From IMG/VR virus record IMGVR_UViG_3300020000_000010, positions 33,601-97,600 of that record: 64,000 bases of DNA. One strand, 5' to 3'. This document shows, piece after piece, positions 19,185 through 29,870 of this stretch; position 1 is the stretch's first letter; the number at the start of each line of letters is the position of its first letter. Made by a program: the position numbers and the translations under genes. Under the pieces are notes generated by a model, which searched no databases, was not told where the DNA came from, and was given only the letters and a program-made list of their open reading frames with translations. The DNA comes from a virus.

Positions 19185-19730
19185 TTAGAAAGGTAGATCA
19201 TCTACCATAGCACTAGCACTCTTTGGAGGAGTAGTAGTTGTAGTAGAACCTTCTAAAGGTTTATAATCATATCTACTTTCTTTATCTAATTTCAATTTTG
19301 TTTCATTTCTAGGTACAGAAATCTCTTCTGCAAAATCCCATAAACCAATAACAGCTCTTGTATAGATATTATCATCAGTTCCTCGGAATTCTTCAGCAGA
19401 GAACTTAATCCTTACCTTTTTACCTGTTAATAACTTATTAAACAGATCTAAACTCATATCTTTACTAACATCTTCTGGAGAAATACACCTAGAAGCTAAA
19501 GTATGTAGTTTTTGTAAAGTATATTTCATAGCACCACTTGAAAGACTCATTCTTTCTGTATGCTCTAATCCTCCTGTAGAAATAAATCCTACTTCAATTT
19601 GATCTTTTCCTCCTTGAGTTTTACTAGCTATAATACCAGTAATTGTACAATCTTCAATACTAAATCCTTTAATTTTTGTACTTTTTTTAACTTCTTTTTG
19701 TTCTACCTCACTAAAATTCAAATTTACCAT
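19185..19730 (-). CDS. Single-stranded DNA-binding protein (putative)
   Basis: Beta-rich core, low-complexity linker and C-terminal DDLPF, next to the AAA ATPase. Confidence 0.75.
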   Translation of the reverse strand: MVNLNFSEVEQKEVKKSTKIKGFSIEDCTITGIIASKTQGGKDQIEVGFISTGGLEHTERMSLSSGAMKYTLQKLHTLASRCISPEDVSKDMSLDLFNKLLTGKKVRIKFSAEEFRGTDDNIYTRAVIGLWDFAEEISVPRNETKLKLDKESRYDYKPLEGSTTTTTPPKSASAMVDDLPF

Positions 19731-19746
19731 TTTTCTTTCTTTTTTT

Positions 19747-20427
19747 TTAATTATTATATTTATTTATCTCACTTAGTACAAATACTAAATCATTAGGGAT
19801 TATTTTATCTGCAAACATTCCTCTTGGTGATTTACCAGTATTTGATCCATTATTTTGGGTTATAAAAACATAAGAAACCCCTTCATCATTCTTAATCACA
19901 TCTGTATATAAAACAATAGCAAACATTCCTTCAAATGTTATTACTGAATTTAACATTTTGCCAATTGTTTTAGCTCTTGTGATTTTATTACCATCAGCAT
20001 CTAAATCAGTTTCTGAATGGCACATAAATACTACTACTAAATCTTCCCTTAGATCTTTAACAGCATTTACTATACTCCAAGCATTTTGACCAATATCATT
20101 GAATTTTTTAAATCCAGTTTCATTAGTTCTACGCATATATTCATTACACATAACATATTGATAATCATCAATAATTATGGTTTTTATATCATCTCTTTTT
20201 TGTGATATATATTCTAATACTTTTAAAATATCTCCAGTATTATCTGTAGCTAAATAGTTTCCTCGAGGATTATCTTTACCAAAAGTACTATAATTAGCTT
20301 TCCATCCCTTAAAAGGTAATGGTTTCTTTGCTACATTAATTATAAATGTAGTCTTTGGATCTAACTTCTCCATTGAGGTACTTTTTCCTGTACCTGAGCC
20401 TCCCACAATTAGCAAGTCCTGCGCCAT
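19747..20427 (-). CDS. P-loop ATPase (AAA_24/Sak4-like)
   Basis: GGSGTGKSTS, IIIDDYQY, KTIGKML, KSPRGMF. Confidence 0.85.
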   Translation of the reverse strand: MAQDLLIVGGSGTGKSTSMEKLDPKTTFIINVAKKPLPFKGWKANYSTFGKDNPRGNYLATDNTGDILKVLEYISQKRDDIKTIIIDDYQYVMCNEYMRRTNETGFKKFNDIGQNAWSIVNAVKDLREDLVVVFMCHSETDLDADGNKITRAKTIGKMLNSVITFEGMFAIVLYTDVIKNDEGVSYVFITQNNGSNTGKSPRGMFADKIIPNDLVFVLSEINKYNN

Positions 20428-20457
20428 ATTCTCTCTCCTCTATCTTTCTTTTAATTA

Positions 20458-21555
20458 TTATTTATTATTTATTTTATCATATATTTCATTCGTCATATTC
20501 TCTTTTTTAGGTAATTCTTTGAAAAACCCAGTAGCTCCATCAAAATATAAAGGAACATAAGCATTTGCTAATCCATAATGTCTATCTTTAAGAAACTTAA
20601 TAAATCTTACTTTATCCCCTAATTTTCTTATATCATAACCTCTATATTCTTCAATATTATATCTATTTGGTGCAAATATACCTAAAACTAAGTCTGCCTC
20701 TCTCTGAATTTCCTTATTATTTGCTAATCCATCTAAACTAGGTTCTATCTTTTCTTCATTTATTTCTCCTTTATAAAAGTCCTTTCTTTCTTTAGCAGCC
20801 TCTTGTTGTTGTAAAATTACTGTTACACAATTATATCTTTTACAAAAACCTTTTAAAGCATACTCTTTACTAAAATGTCCCATACTATTCCAAAGATCCA
20901 TTTTGATCCCATCTCTAGATTCTGGAGATAATAAATTTATAGAATCTACTACAACAAAATAGTAAGTATCTGGAAAATTATGTTTATAACCTATAACTAT
21001 ATCTCTTCCTTCTTTATCCTTTTTTGTTATATTTTCTCCTATTTCTGGATTTTCAAAATATTCTCTAACATTCTTATATATTCCAAATCCATTATGAATA
21101 TAATACATTACTTCTACATAGTTAGAAAGCTCATCTACAACTTTTTCACATTCTTTTACTCTAAGTAAATGTTCATCTGATATAATATAGTTTCCTAAAG
21201 ACTTTAATTGAGCTGTAGATAATATTATATTAAATTCTTCATATAACATTGAAGAAATAAAAGATAACCAGAATTCATCTTCTGTTTCCTCTAGAGCAAA
21301 ATATTTAATCCTAGCTTTTATATCAGGATTTACCTTTATAAAATTATATATATGGATAATAGTAAGATATTTACATAGTTTGGTTTTACCAATTCCAGAA
21401 TTAGCAGTTATAATTGTAAATTTACCTTTTTCCCAACCTGGATATTTTTCAGCTAATCTAGGAAAAGGAGGACTAATTGTTGTAGATTTACCTTCTTTCT
21501 TTAATTGCTGATTATTCTTAATCTTTTCATATAATATATCAAATGTCTTCCCCAT
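20458..21555 (-). CDS. DnaB-like replicative helicase
   Basis: ANSGIGKT, FALEE, VVVDSINLL, LQQQ, READLVLG, LKDR. Confidence 0.88.
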   Translation of the reverse strand: MGKTFDILYEKIKNNQQLKKEGKSTTISPPFPRLAEKYPGWEKGKFTIITANSGIGKTKLCKYLTIIHIYNFIKVNPDIKARIKYFALEETEDEFWLSFISSMLYEEFNIILSTAQLKSLGNYIISDEHLLRVKECEKVVDELSNYVEVMYYIHNGFGIYKNVREYFENPEIGENITKKDKEGRDIVIGYKHNFPDTYYFVVVDSINLLSPESRDGIKMDLWNSMGHFSKEYALKGFCKRYNCVTVILQQQEAAKERKDFYKGEINEEKIEPSLDGLANNKEIQREADLVLGIFAPNRYNIEEYRGYDIRKLGDKVRFIKFLKDRHYGLANAYVPLYFDGATGFFKELPKKENMTNEIYDKINNK

Positions 21556-22144
21556 AATTTACAGCCTTCTCCTCTGCCTTTCCATTATTTATATTCTCCA
21601 TTCTATTAACAATATTTTCACACTCTCCAGAAAGCATTGAAATACCATCTTTTTCTATGAAATAAGGAGCTAATTTCATATATTGATAATCATTCTGCCT
21701 AGCAGTATTAATATAGTATTCTGTAGCCTTAAAAATGATTTCTTTATCATATTCAGGATGATCTTTACAGAACTTTATTAATTTCTTTAAACAACCATTC
21801 TTATCACACCTTATTGGATAACCTCCACTTCTAACTCTTTTTGGAAATAGATTATACCAATCATCTATCCAATTATGTACTTTTTCTTGTGGAGGAGATC
21901 CTCTTATTCCTTCTTTATAGTCTTGGAATAGACTTTTAAGCTTTTCTGTTATAATAAAACCATTTTTACCACCAGTTATAAATCCTTTTTTAACTAATGT
22001 ATTACAATCTTCTTCTGTAAAGAGTTCTATATTAGTTTCATATTCTTTTATAAAATCCTGTTTATTAGTATATAACAAAAAAGCAAGTAAATACTCCCTT
22101 GCTGTGAGAGTATTTACTATTAACTTTTCTATTAATTTATTCAT
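21539..22144 (-). CDS. Putative replication-associated protein (winged-helix-like N-terminus)
   Basis: Overlaps the helicase start. WYNLFP and YMKLAPYFI resemble phage initiator/loader C-terminal domains. Confidence 0.5.
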   Translation of the reverse strand: MNKLIEKLIVNTLTAREYLLAFLLYTNKQDFIKEYETNIELFTEEDCNTLVKKGFITGGKNGFIITEKLKSLFQDYKEGIRGSPPQEKVHNWIDDWYNLFPKRVRSGGYPIRCDKNGCLKKLIKFCKDHPEYDKEIIFKATEYYINTARQNDYQYMKLAPYFIEKDGISMLSGECENIVNRMENINNGKAEEKAVNYGEDI

Positions 22145-22295
22145 TTATTTTCCCAGGGTTGTGTTAGTTTATATAGCCAATATAATAACCAAATAAATAC
22201 AATTATTTCAATCATTTATCTTATCTTTATAATAATTAACTATTTCTACTGCTATAAGTAATCCTACAATTACTCCAACTAAGAATATAATAATA

Positions 22296-22538
22296 CTAAA
22301 CATTTTCTTCTAATTTTTGTTCATAATACTTAATAATCTTATTTGATTCTTCCTCAATCTTTTTAGAGATTATACCATTAATATATTCTATAATCATCTT
22401 TTTTCCTGTATTCTTATCAATATCCTCATCTAGATCCTTTATAAAGTTCTCTAAATCAATAACTTCTTCTTCTGTTAGCATAGGTATTAAATCTTTTATA
22501 AAAGTTAATATTTTATTATATTCTTCTCCTTCTAGCAT
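22296..22538 (-). CDS. Hypothetical protein
   Basis: TAATG coupling with the upstream ORF. Confidence 0.6.
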   Translation of the reverse strand: MLEGEEYNKILTFIKDLIPMLTEEEVIDLENFIKDLDEDIDKNTGKKMIIEYINGIISKKIEEESNKIIKYYEQKLEENV

Positions 22539-22753
22539 TAATAACGAATATTAAGTAATTTATAATAATCCATTAAAGCAGAAGTCTCAGATCCAAAATC
22601 AGGTTCAAAATAATCATCTATCTCTTCATCAGAAATACTAATTTGAAGATTTTCATCTCTTATTTTTCTTACTAACTTTTTATAATCTTTAACCAAAGGA
22701 GTATCTTCCTTTTTAGGCTTTACTTCTTTTGTTGCATAAGATATATTAGACAT
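22538..22753 (-). CDS. Hypothetical protein
   Basis: Packed ORF. Confidence 0.6.
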   Translation of the reverse strand: MSNISYATKEVKPKKEDTPLVKDYKKLVRKIRDENLQISISDEEIDDYFEPDFGSETSALMDYYKLLNIRY

Positions 22754-22764
22754 ATTTTAATAGA

Positions 22765-24051
22765 TTAGGTTACTAAATCTTCTTTTACCTTAATAAAGCT
22801 AATTCCAGCTTCTGTTTGATGTTTATATTCAATAATAGCATCCCTATCAAAGAAACCAAAAGGAACAAGTTCCATTCTATTTTTTTTACATCTAGCAGAT
22901 TTCTTTTCTATTTTCTTTAGAAAGCTTTTAGTAGGATTAGGTATTTCTGTTACCATTCTCTTATATTCAGAAAATTTTCTAGCATAAGTTTCCTTAGCAA
23001 AAATATCAAAGTTAGTCCTAATATCATATTCAGATAATAAGATTAAATCAACATTTTCTTTAATTTTCTTAACATAGATCTCAAACCTAGTTTTAAAACT
23101 CATAACCTCTACAATATCTCCCTTTTTAAACTTATTAAAGGCTATATTAGTCACTAAAAGTATTTGGTTATAGTTATACTCAGTAATTGCTATTTTTAAT
23201 GGTAGAGCTACAGAATTCTCTTTTTTATTAAAGAATCTTCCTAAAGCATTTTTCATCCCATCTAATAATCCTTTACCTTCTTCTTCATCTTCAGAATCAT
23301 CTTCTATTTCATTATTTGGTAAAATAAGATTAGAATTATTAGTTTCTTCTTTTTTAGCTTTATGCTCTTCCTCTTTAGGAACTATTGGATTAAAAGTAGA
23401 TAATACAACCTTATCTTCAACTCCTCCTACATTCCTTATAGAAGAATTACAATATCCTTTATTAGAAAAGAAATATCCAGAATCTTCAATAAATCCTTGA
23501 GAACAAACTAAACCTTTATCTGGAAATAGAATAACAATCTTATTCCATCCTAAAAATCCTATATTATCAAATACCATATCAAACTCTTCAGTATCCTCTT
23601 TAAAGAACTCTAAAAGATGTTTATTATTCATAAATTCATGAACAAAATGATAAGTATCTGAATATACTGAATTTTTATAAGCATATTCTCCAAATATTCC
23701 ATTATGAGCTAAAGTAGGTTTACTTACCCAGCCTTCTAATGTTAATATCTCATCTTGCTTAGTAGAAATAACAAAAGGATGGCAATTTAAATCATCTGTT
23801 TTACCACTAGTTCCTATTCTCATATGAACCATTAATTCATCATCTAATTGTAAATCAGCCTCTTCTAAAGAATTTAATAGATTTTTAATACTAAAATATC
23901 CTTTAGATATAAAAACTTCTTTATCATTTCCTGCTTTTTTATAGGAATATCCCATTCCTTGTGTATTACTAATAGCACCAGATCTAATAGAATCTATAAA
24001 AAACTTACTATATTTTTCTGTTCCCTTAGGAGCAACACATATTAAACACAT
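22765..24051 (-). CDS. Class II (Ntn) glutamine amidotransferase-like protein with C-terminal extension
   Basis: N-terminal MC, NTQGMG, HMRIGTSG, NCHPF, AHNG, SDT. Confidence 0.85.
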   Translation of the reverse strand: MCLICVAPKGTEKYSKFFIDSIRSGAISNTQGMGYSYKKAGNDKEVFISKGYFSIKNLLNSLEEADLQLDDELMVHMRIGTSGKTDDLNCHPFVISTKQDEILTLEGWVSKPTLAHNGIFGEYAYKNSVYSDTYHFVHEFMNNKHLLEFFKEDTEEFDMVFDNIGFLGWNKIVILFPDKGLVCSQGFIEDSGYFFSNKGYCNSSIRNVGGVEDKVVLSTFNPIVPKEEEHKAKKEETNNSNLILPNNEIEDDSEDEEEGKGLLDGMKNALGRFFNKKENSVALPLKIAITEYNYNQILLVTNIAFNKFKKGDIVEVMSFKTRFEIYVKKIKENVDLILLSEYDIRTNFDIFAKETYARKFSEYKRMVTEIPNPTKSFLKKIEKKSARCKKNRMELVPFGFFDRDAIIEYKHQTEAGISFIKVKEDLVT

Positions 24052-25493
24052 AATATTTCTTTTACTGTTAATTGTTTTATACTTGATAATTTTTGTTTAC
24101 CATATTCTTTAGCTTCTTCTTTCTGAGCCTCTAAAGAAGTAAATAGTTCCTTTCTTTTTTCAAAGTATTCAATTAGTTTATGTGTTCTTTCATTATCTCC
24201 AAAACAACATTCTAAAATTAAAGGAATAGTAATCTTTTGTATACCTTTTTCAGATTCAAAATATTCATTTTCTATCTCTTTTTGATAGTTTTCAACAAAT
24301 GATACAAAGGCTATACAAAATAATAACCAATTTTTAACTTTAACAAAGTTTGTAGTACCAGAATGGCATCTAAACTCTAAAGTATATGATTCATTTTCTC
24401 TAGTGTTAAATAAACATGGTATAAAATTTAACCAAGCATATCTAATATTAGAATGATCATAACCTACTTTAGCTCCTTTAGGATGATTAGTCTTTTTATT
24501 TAACTTATCATCAGGATTATATTTACATGCTTTTTTAAATATTTCATTGTAAATATCTGATAACCAGATATTATACTCTATTTTATTAGTTGTTTTACCT
24601 AAATACTTCTTTTCATATAAATTAGGTAACATCTGGCAATAGGTTGATCTAGACCTACTTGGAGGTAAATATTGAAATAAATCCTTTTGAATAGCCAATC
24701 CTAGTTTATAGGCAAAGACTATAAAAGTCTTATTAAAATCTATATTTCCTAGATGAATATGAATACTCGTTTTCTTGTCTACAGTACATCTTTTTGATAG
24801 TTCCATACATATCTTCTGAAGATGTAATAAACCATTATTACCTGAAAGAATTCCAGTAATATATTCTCCTGAAATAGGATCTCCTCCGCCTTCAGGTCTC
24901 AAAGATCCATCATATTCACAAGATATATTTAAATCATTCTCTAGGTATTCTGGAATATATCCAGAAGCTGTTTCTAGCTCTACTCCAAAAGTATACTTTT
25001 TATTTCCTGTTAATAGAAAATTATTATTTTTCTCAGGAAGGTTTGGATATGTATTATTAAAAGTTCTATATTTAGCAGATCCAGCATAATAGTTTGAAAT
25101 ATATTTTAAATACTCTTCCTCAAGAGGTATAGGATAGAAAAATCCCCATTTTAAATCCTCTCTAATATTTTCATCTTTAAAAACATCTCTAGAAATATAA
25201 GCAAAACTATTATTTCCAATATATAATAAAGGATACTTTTTAGCCTTACTACTATAAAACTCATCAAGAATCTTAATAGCGTTTTTTTCTAAAGTATAAG
25301 AATGTACTATAGGATTTAATTTATATTTTTTTGTTAATACTCCTGTTTCAACATCTAGAACTTCTGTATCATCTAAACCTTTATAAAGGGCTTTTTCATT
25401 CATTTCTTTCTTATTAAATATTTTTAAAAAATAATTGAAAAACTTAAATATCAACATGTTCTTCTTGTTGAGAAGCTTCTGTAATAATTTCAT
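24042..25493 (-). CDS. Putative amidoligase (glutamine synthetase/GCS-like COOH-NH2 ligase); start may be 25403
   Basis: FGVELE, YDGSL, EYIT, SIHIH, RYAWLN, TLEFR. Confidence 0.85.
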   Translation of the reverse strand: MKLLQKLLNKKNMLIFKFFNYFLKIFNKKEMNEKALYKGLDDTEVLDVETGVLTKKYKLNPIVHSYTLEKNAIKILDEFYSSKAKKYPLLYIGNNSFAYISRDVFKDENIREDLKWGFFYPIPLEEEYLKYISNYYAGSAKYRTFNNTYPNLPEKNNNFLLTGNKKYTFGVELETASGYIPEYLENDLNISCEYDGSLRPEGGGDPISGEYITGILSGNNGLLHLQKICMELSKRCTVDKKTSIHIHLGNIDFNKTFIVFAYKLGLAIQKDLFQYLPPSRSRSTYCQMLPNLYEKKYLGKTTNKIEYNIWLSDIYNEIFKKACKYNPDDKLNKKTNHPKGAKVGYDHSNIRYAWLNFIPCLFNTRENESYTLEFRCHSGTTNFVKVKNWLLFCIAFVSFVENYQKEIENEYFESEKGIQKITIPLILECCFGDNERTHKLIEYFEKRKELFTSLEAQKEEAKEYGKQKLSSIKQLTVKEILCV

Positions 25494-27054
25494 TAAATTC
25501 TAGTTTAATAGTATCTCTTAAAGCCTCTATTCCTTCTTTAACCATTAGAATTTCAGCAGAACTCATAATATAGTTTTCTGTTCCTATCTTTGAGGATTCT
25601 ATAACCTTAAGAATATTATCTAAACTAATAATAGCAGCTTCTTCAACTTCTTTTACTTTTTCCACATTTATTTTTTTTGTTTTATTATTCTTTTTTTTTT
25701 CTATCTTTTCTAGATAATCTTTTATTTCATCTTTAGAAGCAGGTCTTAGATAAGTATCATTAACAACAACACTTCTTCCTGTTAATTCATTTCTAATATC
25801 TCTTCTATTATCATGATTATGAACCATGATTTTACAAATATCTCCTTTATTTACAGCAGGTTTATCCTTATCTTCACCATCAACATATACTAGACTACTT
25901 GTTACAAACACATATATAATATCATTAAGATTATACATTTCATTATAATAAAACCAGAAGGGATTTACTTTAACTCTATCTAATTTCTCATCAATAATAT
26001 AGACTTCTTCTAAATTTTTATCATTATTAAGTTTAGCTACTCCAGTACAGAAATACCAGTTATCTCTTATTAAAGAAATATCTTGTCCTCCAGCTCTAGT
26101 AGTTGTTGCTTGACACTTTAACCATCTATTAACTACTTCTTTTCCTCTATAAGTATATTGTAGATTAAAAGTTTTTATAGGAGTAGAAATAATAGGTTTC
26201 TGTTCTACAAAAGAGTTATTATTATGATTTTCTCCTTGTAGTTCTTCTAACCATTCATCATAATGATTATTTCTATTTCTCCAATTATTATTAGTATTAG
26301 TTTTTGGTAAAATTCCAGGAAAAGGCTTTTTAGCTATTTTAAACTGGTTTTTTACTTTACCATTCTTAATAATATATAAATAGTCTTCTTTAAACTCTAT
26401 AATATTCTTACAGTTTATTGATTTTAAAGATTTCTCTATAGAAGAAATATACATTCCTTCGTCTCCTATACCTCTATATAAAGGTCTTTCTTTGTTTCTA
26501 TATACATAAAGAGTATCGGGAGTATTTGTATCTGTAAAAATTAATGCTGCTGCTCCTTCAAATTTACTTAAACAGTATAAATTCTGTTCTTTATTTAAAG
26601 ATGCTGCTAGTATCATACTATCTACATCATAATCTCTACTAGATAAACCTAGGTTGCCACAAAGTATCCAGGGATTATCTAAAGTTCCATTATGTGCTAA
26701 AACAATATTACCATATTGAAAAGGATGAGCATTATTAAGGCTATTAACACCATAAGTTGCTTGTCTAACATGTCCTATTAATACACTATCTTGTTGTATT
26801 TCATTATAGAAGTCTGAAGTAATATATTCGCTAGATTTCTTTAATGATTTCTTTATTCCTGTTTTAGGAGTATAAATGCCTGTAGCATCTTTACCTCTTT
26901 CTTCATTCCAGAATAATAATTGAGCTATTTTACTTTTATCAAAGAGATAATCTATAGCTGAAAACCCAACTAGACCACAGCCTAATTGGGATTGAAGTTT
27001 TTTAGATCCAAAGATAAATTGAATAAAATAACTTATTGTTATTAATAATAACAT
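25444..27054 (-). CDS. Class II (Ntn) glutamine amidotransferase with a 25-aa N-terminal leader
   Basis: CGLVG at residue 26, RGKDATG, GHVRQAT, NAHPF, AHNGTL, VDS, RNKERPL. Confidence 0.88.
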   Translation of the reverse strand: MLLLITISYFIQFIFGSKKLQSQLGCGLVGFSAIDYLFDKSKIAQLLFWNEERGKDATGIYTPKTGIKKSLKKSSEYITSDFYNEIQQDSVLIGHVRQATYGVNSLNNAHPFQYGNIVLAHNGTLDNPWILCGNLGLSSRDYDVDSMILAASLNKEQNLYCLSKFEGAAALIFTDTNTPDTLYVYRNKERPLYRGIGDEGMYISSIEKSLKSINCKNIIEFKEDYLYIIKNGKVKNQFKIAKKPFPGILPKTNTNNNWRNRNNHYDEWLEELQGENHNNNSFVEQKPIISTPIKTFNLQYTYRGKEVVNRWLKCQATTTRAGGQDISLIRDNWYFCTGVAKLNNDKNLEEVYIIDEKLDRVKVNPFWFYYNEMYNLNDIIYVFVTSSLVYVDGEDKDKPAVNKGDICKIMVHNHDNRRDIRNELTGRSVVVNDTYLRPASKDEIKDYLEKIEKKKNNKTKKINVEKVKEVEEAAIISLDNILKVIESSKIGTENYIMSSAEILMVKEGIEALRDTIKLEFNEIITEASQQEEHVDI

Positions 27055-27074
27055 ATTTTTATTTGTTTTATAGA

Positions 27075-27976
27075 TTATAAATCTTCAAGATCTCTCATTC
27101 TTGCTCTATGATGTTCTAAGATATTTTGCATTGCTTCTTGTTGCCTTCTTTCTATTTCATTTGCTTCTCTAAATTCTACATCATTATTGATTACAAGAGG
27201 TTCTACTGGTGGTACAACTCCATCAAAAAATCTAACAGGATTATAAATTCTAGCCTCAGGTTCTAGGTAAATATCTTGCATTAAATCTTTAATATAACTT
27301 TCATTAAATTTCGCAAAAGCACTATTCTTATCCTTTTTCTTATTTAAATCAGGAACAGGAATCTTATATTTCTTAATTAGTTTTTCTGCTAATTCTTTAT
27401 CTTGAGTGTTAATACAAGAAACTATATTTTCTTTTTCTTTTTCTATTAATTTATCAAAATTCTTATTGTTATTAATAAAATCAATAGCATTATGGACATT
27501 GTTGAATACCCATTCTATTAGGTTATCATTAAAGATCCAGAAGTTGCTTAATACCCTAAATTCTAAGCCAAACTTTGGGAATCTTATTTCTCCAGCTTTA
27601 CCATACATTTTCCTTCTTTCTTTATCTTCATCATAAAGAATAGAAGGTACTCCTAAAAATAAATCAAAAGCTTTTGCAATTCTTAAACTATCATCTAAAT
27701 TAGGATTATCATATCCACAGTGCAAATGTCCGCCCGAACATCTGTAGTTACCATTAGGTTTTGGAGATCTGTTTTCACAACATTCCCAAGCATTAATAGA
27801 TCCTTCACAACCAAAAATTTTTGCTTGTTTATGCTCTAAATATTTAGGATCAAATTCAGCACTAGGAGAAGGATCAATAACCAAAGTATTTGGTAGTTTA
27901 TTCTTTCTTACATAATCTAAAACATAATTTATAGAGGCTATTAACTCTTCACTACTCCTACTTGGAGGTATATTAA
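27075..27976 (-). CDS. phiEco32-like COOH-NH2 ligase type 2, exon 2
   Basis: Frame is open from 27976 (..NIPPSRSS..), with FGCE, RCSGGHLHCG, RRKMYGKAG and EFRVLSNFW. Confidence 0.9.
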
Positions 27977-28131
27977 CAACTAGTTTCTTTCTAGCCAGAC
28001 TATCCCTTCATCCCTAAGGATGGATCTATTATAGTCGTTGCACGTCTCTTTATTTAATATATCATCAAATAAACAATCACATTTTTTCCTTGTTTATTTT
28101 CAATATTAAAATAGATTTCGCTCAGGATTCC

Positions 28132-28968
28132 TTACGCTGGTTCCCTGAATTTAAGATCTTTTTTTAATTTATAATTACTTATAAACTGAGCTTTAAGATA
28201 TTTTCTTTCTAGATAAATATCTGCGTTTTTATATAAAAATTCGATTAACATTTTACAATTTACAAAATTTATAATATGTATTCGATATAAATTTTTATAT
28301 AAATATAGTCTGTTTTTAATTAAATTATCATCAAAAAATTTTTTAATTTTATCAATAAATAATTTACTTGCAGAAACTATACTTATACAACAATTATACT
28401 CTTTTTTGTTTTTGTTTTTAAAAAAAGAAATACAACCATCTCCGTCTATTACTCCTCTTAAAAAATCCCAAGTTATTGGTATTTTTATATCAAGAGTTTT
28501 AGATTTATTTCTGGTTATTCCTAAATTTATAAGAAAATTAGTAACACTTATAGAAGAAAAACTAAAATTAGACATAAAGTGTCCTTTATATTTAGAATGT
28601 TCTGTTTTATAAATAGGCAAATTACTATTTATAAAAATTTTATATTTTTCAATATGTTCTAAATCTTTGGAATTTAATCCTAAAGTTATTCTATTTCTAT
28701 AAATTCCGCCATCTGTTGCTAATAATCCTAACCAATATTGAGTTTCTCTATCCTCTAAATTAATGAATGGATTATGTTTTACATTTCTTATTTTATCCAT
28801 TCCTCTTCTTCTATTAGAATCGGCTCTTTCTTTTATATTATTCCAAACATTATATTTAATACAAATATCTTTAAGTGTCTCATATGCAACCTTATATTTA
28901 TATTTAATATCCTGAATGTTTACTTTATCATTATAATCTTTAATTAAATCTTCCTCTCTTCCAACCAT
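28132..28968 (-). CDS. Double-motif LAGLIDADG homing endonuclease
   Basis: YWLGLLATDGGI and FLRGVIDGDGCI, plus YLERKY. Lies inside the intron. Confidence 0.93.
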   Translation of the reverse strand: MVGREEDLIKDYNDKVNIQDIKYKYKVAYETLKDICIKYNVWNNIKERADSNRRRGMDKIRNVKHNPFINLEDRETQYWLGLLATDGGIYRNRITLGLNSKDLEHIEKYKIFINSNLPIYKTEHSKYKGHFMSNFSFSSISVTNFLINLGITRNKSKTLDIKIPITWDFLRGVIDGDGCISFFKNKNKKEYNCCISIVSASKLFIDKIKKFFDDNLIKNRLYLYKNLYRIHIINFVNCKMLIEFLYKNADIYLERKYLKAQFISNYKLKKDLKFREPA

Positions 28969-28987
28969 TTTTTATTAATTTTGACCA

Positions 28988-29019
28988 CAAAGATAACTAT
29001 AATTTTTCACAAAAACAAA
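28988..29019 (-). promoter_or_regulatory. Intron-internal Bacteroidota-type promoter for the endonuclease
   Basis: Minus strand TTTG-N20-TATCTTTG, about 20 nt upstream of the ATG at 28968. Confidence 0.8.
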
Positions 29020-29045
29020 TTTTTATATAGTTATTTAATTAGTTT

Positions 29046-29232
29046 ACTCTCCTGCTACCCCATCTTCCTGTAAAGCATATCCTGTTTTTCCTTCAGGACT
29101 TATATCAATTGGTTCTTTTTTAGTACCTCCTATTAATCCAATTGCAGGGATAAATTCCCCGGTATTCTTATTCTTTAAAAAAAACTCAGGATCTCCTCCT
29201 ATAGTTATATTTTCAATTTTATTTCTACTCAT
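29046..29232 (-). CDS. phiEco32-like COOH-NH2 ligase type 2, exon 1 (spliced product 362 aa)
   Basis: TIGGDPEFFL, GLIGGTKKEP, LQEDGVAGE. Confidence 0.9.
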
Positions 29233-29237
29233 ATTAA

Positions 29238-29870
29238 TTATTCTTTATTTAATAATTCTAACACTAATCCTTGCATATATTTTACTGTATCACAGTTTAG
29301 ATCCATCCATTCAGGATGAGATTGTATTCCTAAACATTTAGTTTTAGGAAAGAATATAATCTCTACTTCTTTCTTATCTTTCATATCTATTTCTTCATCC
29401 TTACCATTTAAATAAGTATGAGAGAAGTTTGGTGCCCAACCAAGTATTTGAAAGTCTTCTTCTGGAAGATTATAAGGATAGGCCATCTGATGATGAGAAC
29501 TTGTTACAGGTAATATTTTACCATCAAAAGTAAGAATATTATGTGAGGAGTTATGAGACATATGCTGGATTAACTTGCCAGAATTCATAACTACTAAAAA
29601 TTGATTTCCTCTACAAGCCCCTAGGCATGGGATTTTCAACTCTAAAGCCTTATTAAAACATATTTGTTCAAAATCATCTCTCCTTTTATTAAAAGAAGTA
29701 TATTTTCCTTTCTGTTCTCCATAAAGTTCTGGACATATATCTTCTCCTCCTGTAAATAGTACAAGATCTGCTTCTTCTAGCTTACTAGCAAAGATATAAC
29801 CTATTGGATGTAACCAATTAGCATAATCTAAAGAATTTCCTACTACATATACTTTTTTTTTATTGCTCAT
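29238..29870 (-). CDS. Class I glutamine amidotransferase / peptidase C26 (PuuD-like)
   Basis: FTGGEDI.P..Y, RD, GACRGNQ, SSHHQ, QSHPE. Confidence 0.9.
   Translation of the reverse strand: MSNKKKVYVVGNSLDYANWLHPIGYIFASKLEEADLVLFTGGEDICPELYGEQKGKYTSFNKRRDDFEQICFNKALELKIPCLGACRGNQFLVVMNSGKLIQHMSHNSSHNILTFDGKILPVTSSHHQMAYPYNLPEEDFQILGWAPNFSHTYLNGKDEEIDMKDKKEVEIIFFPKTKCLGIQSHPEWMDLNCDTVKYMQGLVLELLNKE

Larger units (their letters stand above)
27977..29045 (-). mobile_element. Group I intron (1069 nt) carrying a LAGLIDADG homing endonuclease
   Basis: Exon 1 ends in U and the intron ends in G. Splicing restores GAG T|TT AAT ATA CCT CCA = EFNIPP. Core elements AAATTCAGGGAA, AATCCTGAGC, GTGCAACGACTA and GAAGGGATAGTC give P7 GACTA/TAGTC, P3 GATCT/AGATC and P8 CATCC/GGATG. 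Confidence 0.93.

Noticed and set aside
29044-29232. Truncated ligase pseudogene
   Set aside because: It is explained as exon 1 of an intron-split gene with a precise in-frame junction.
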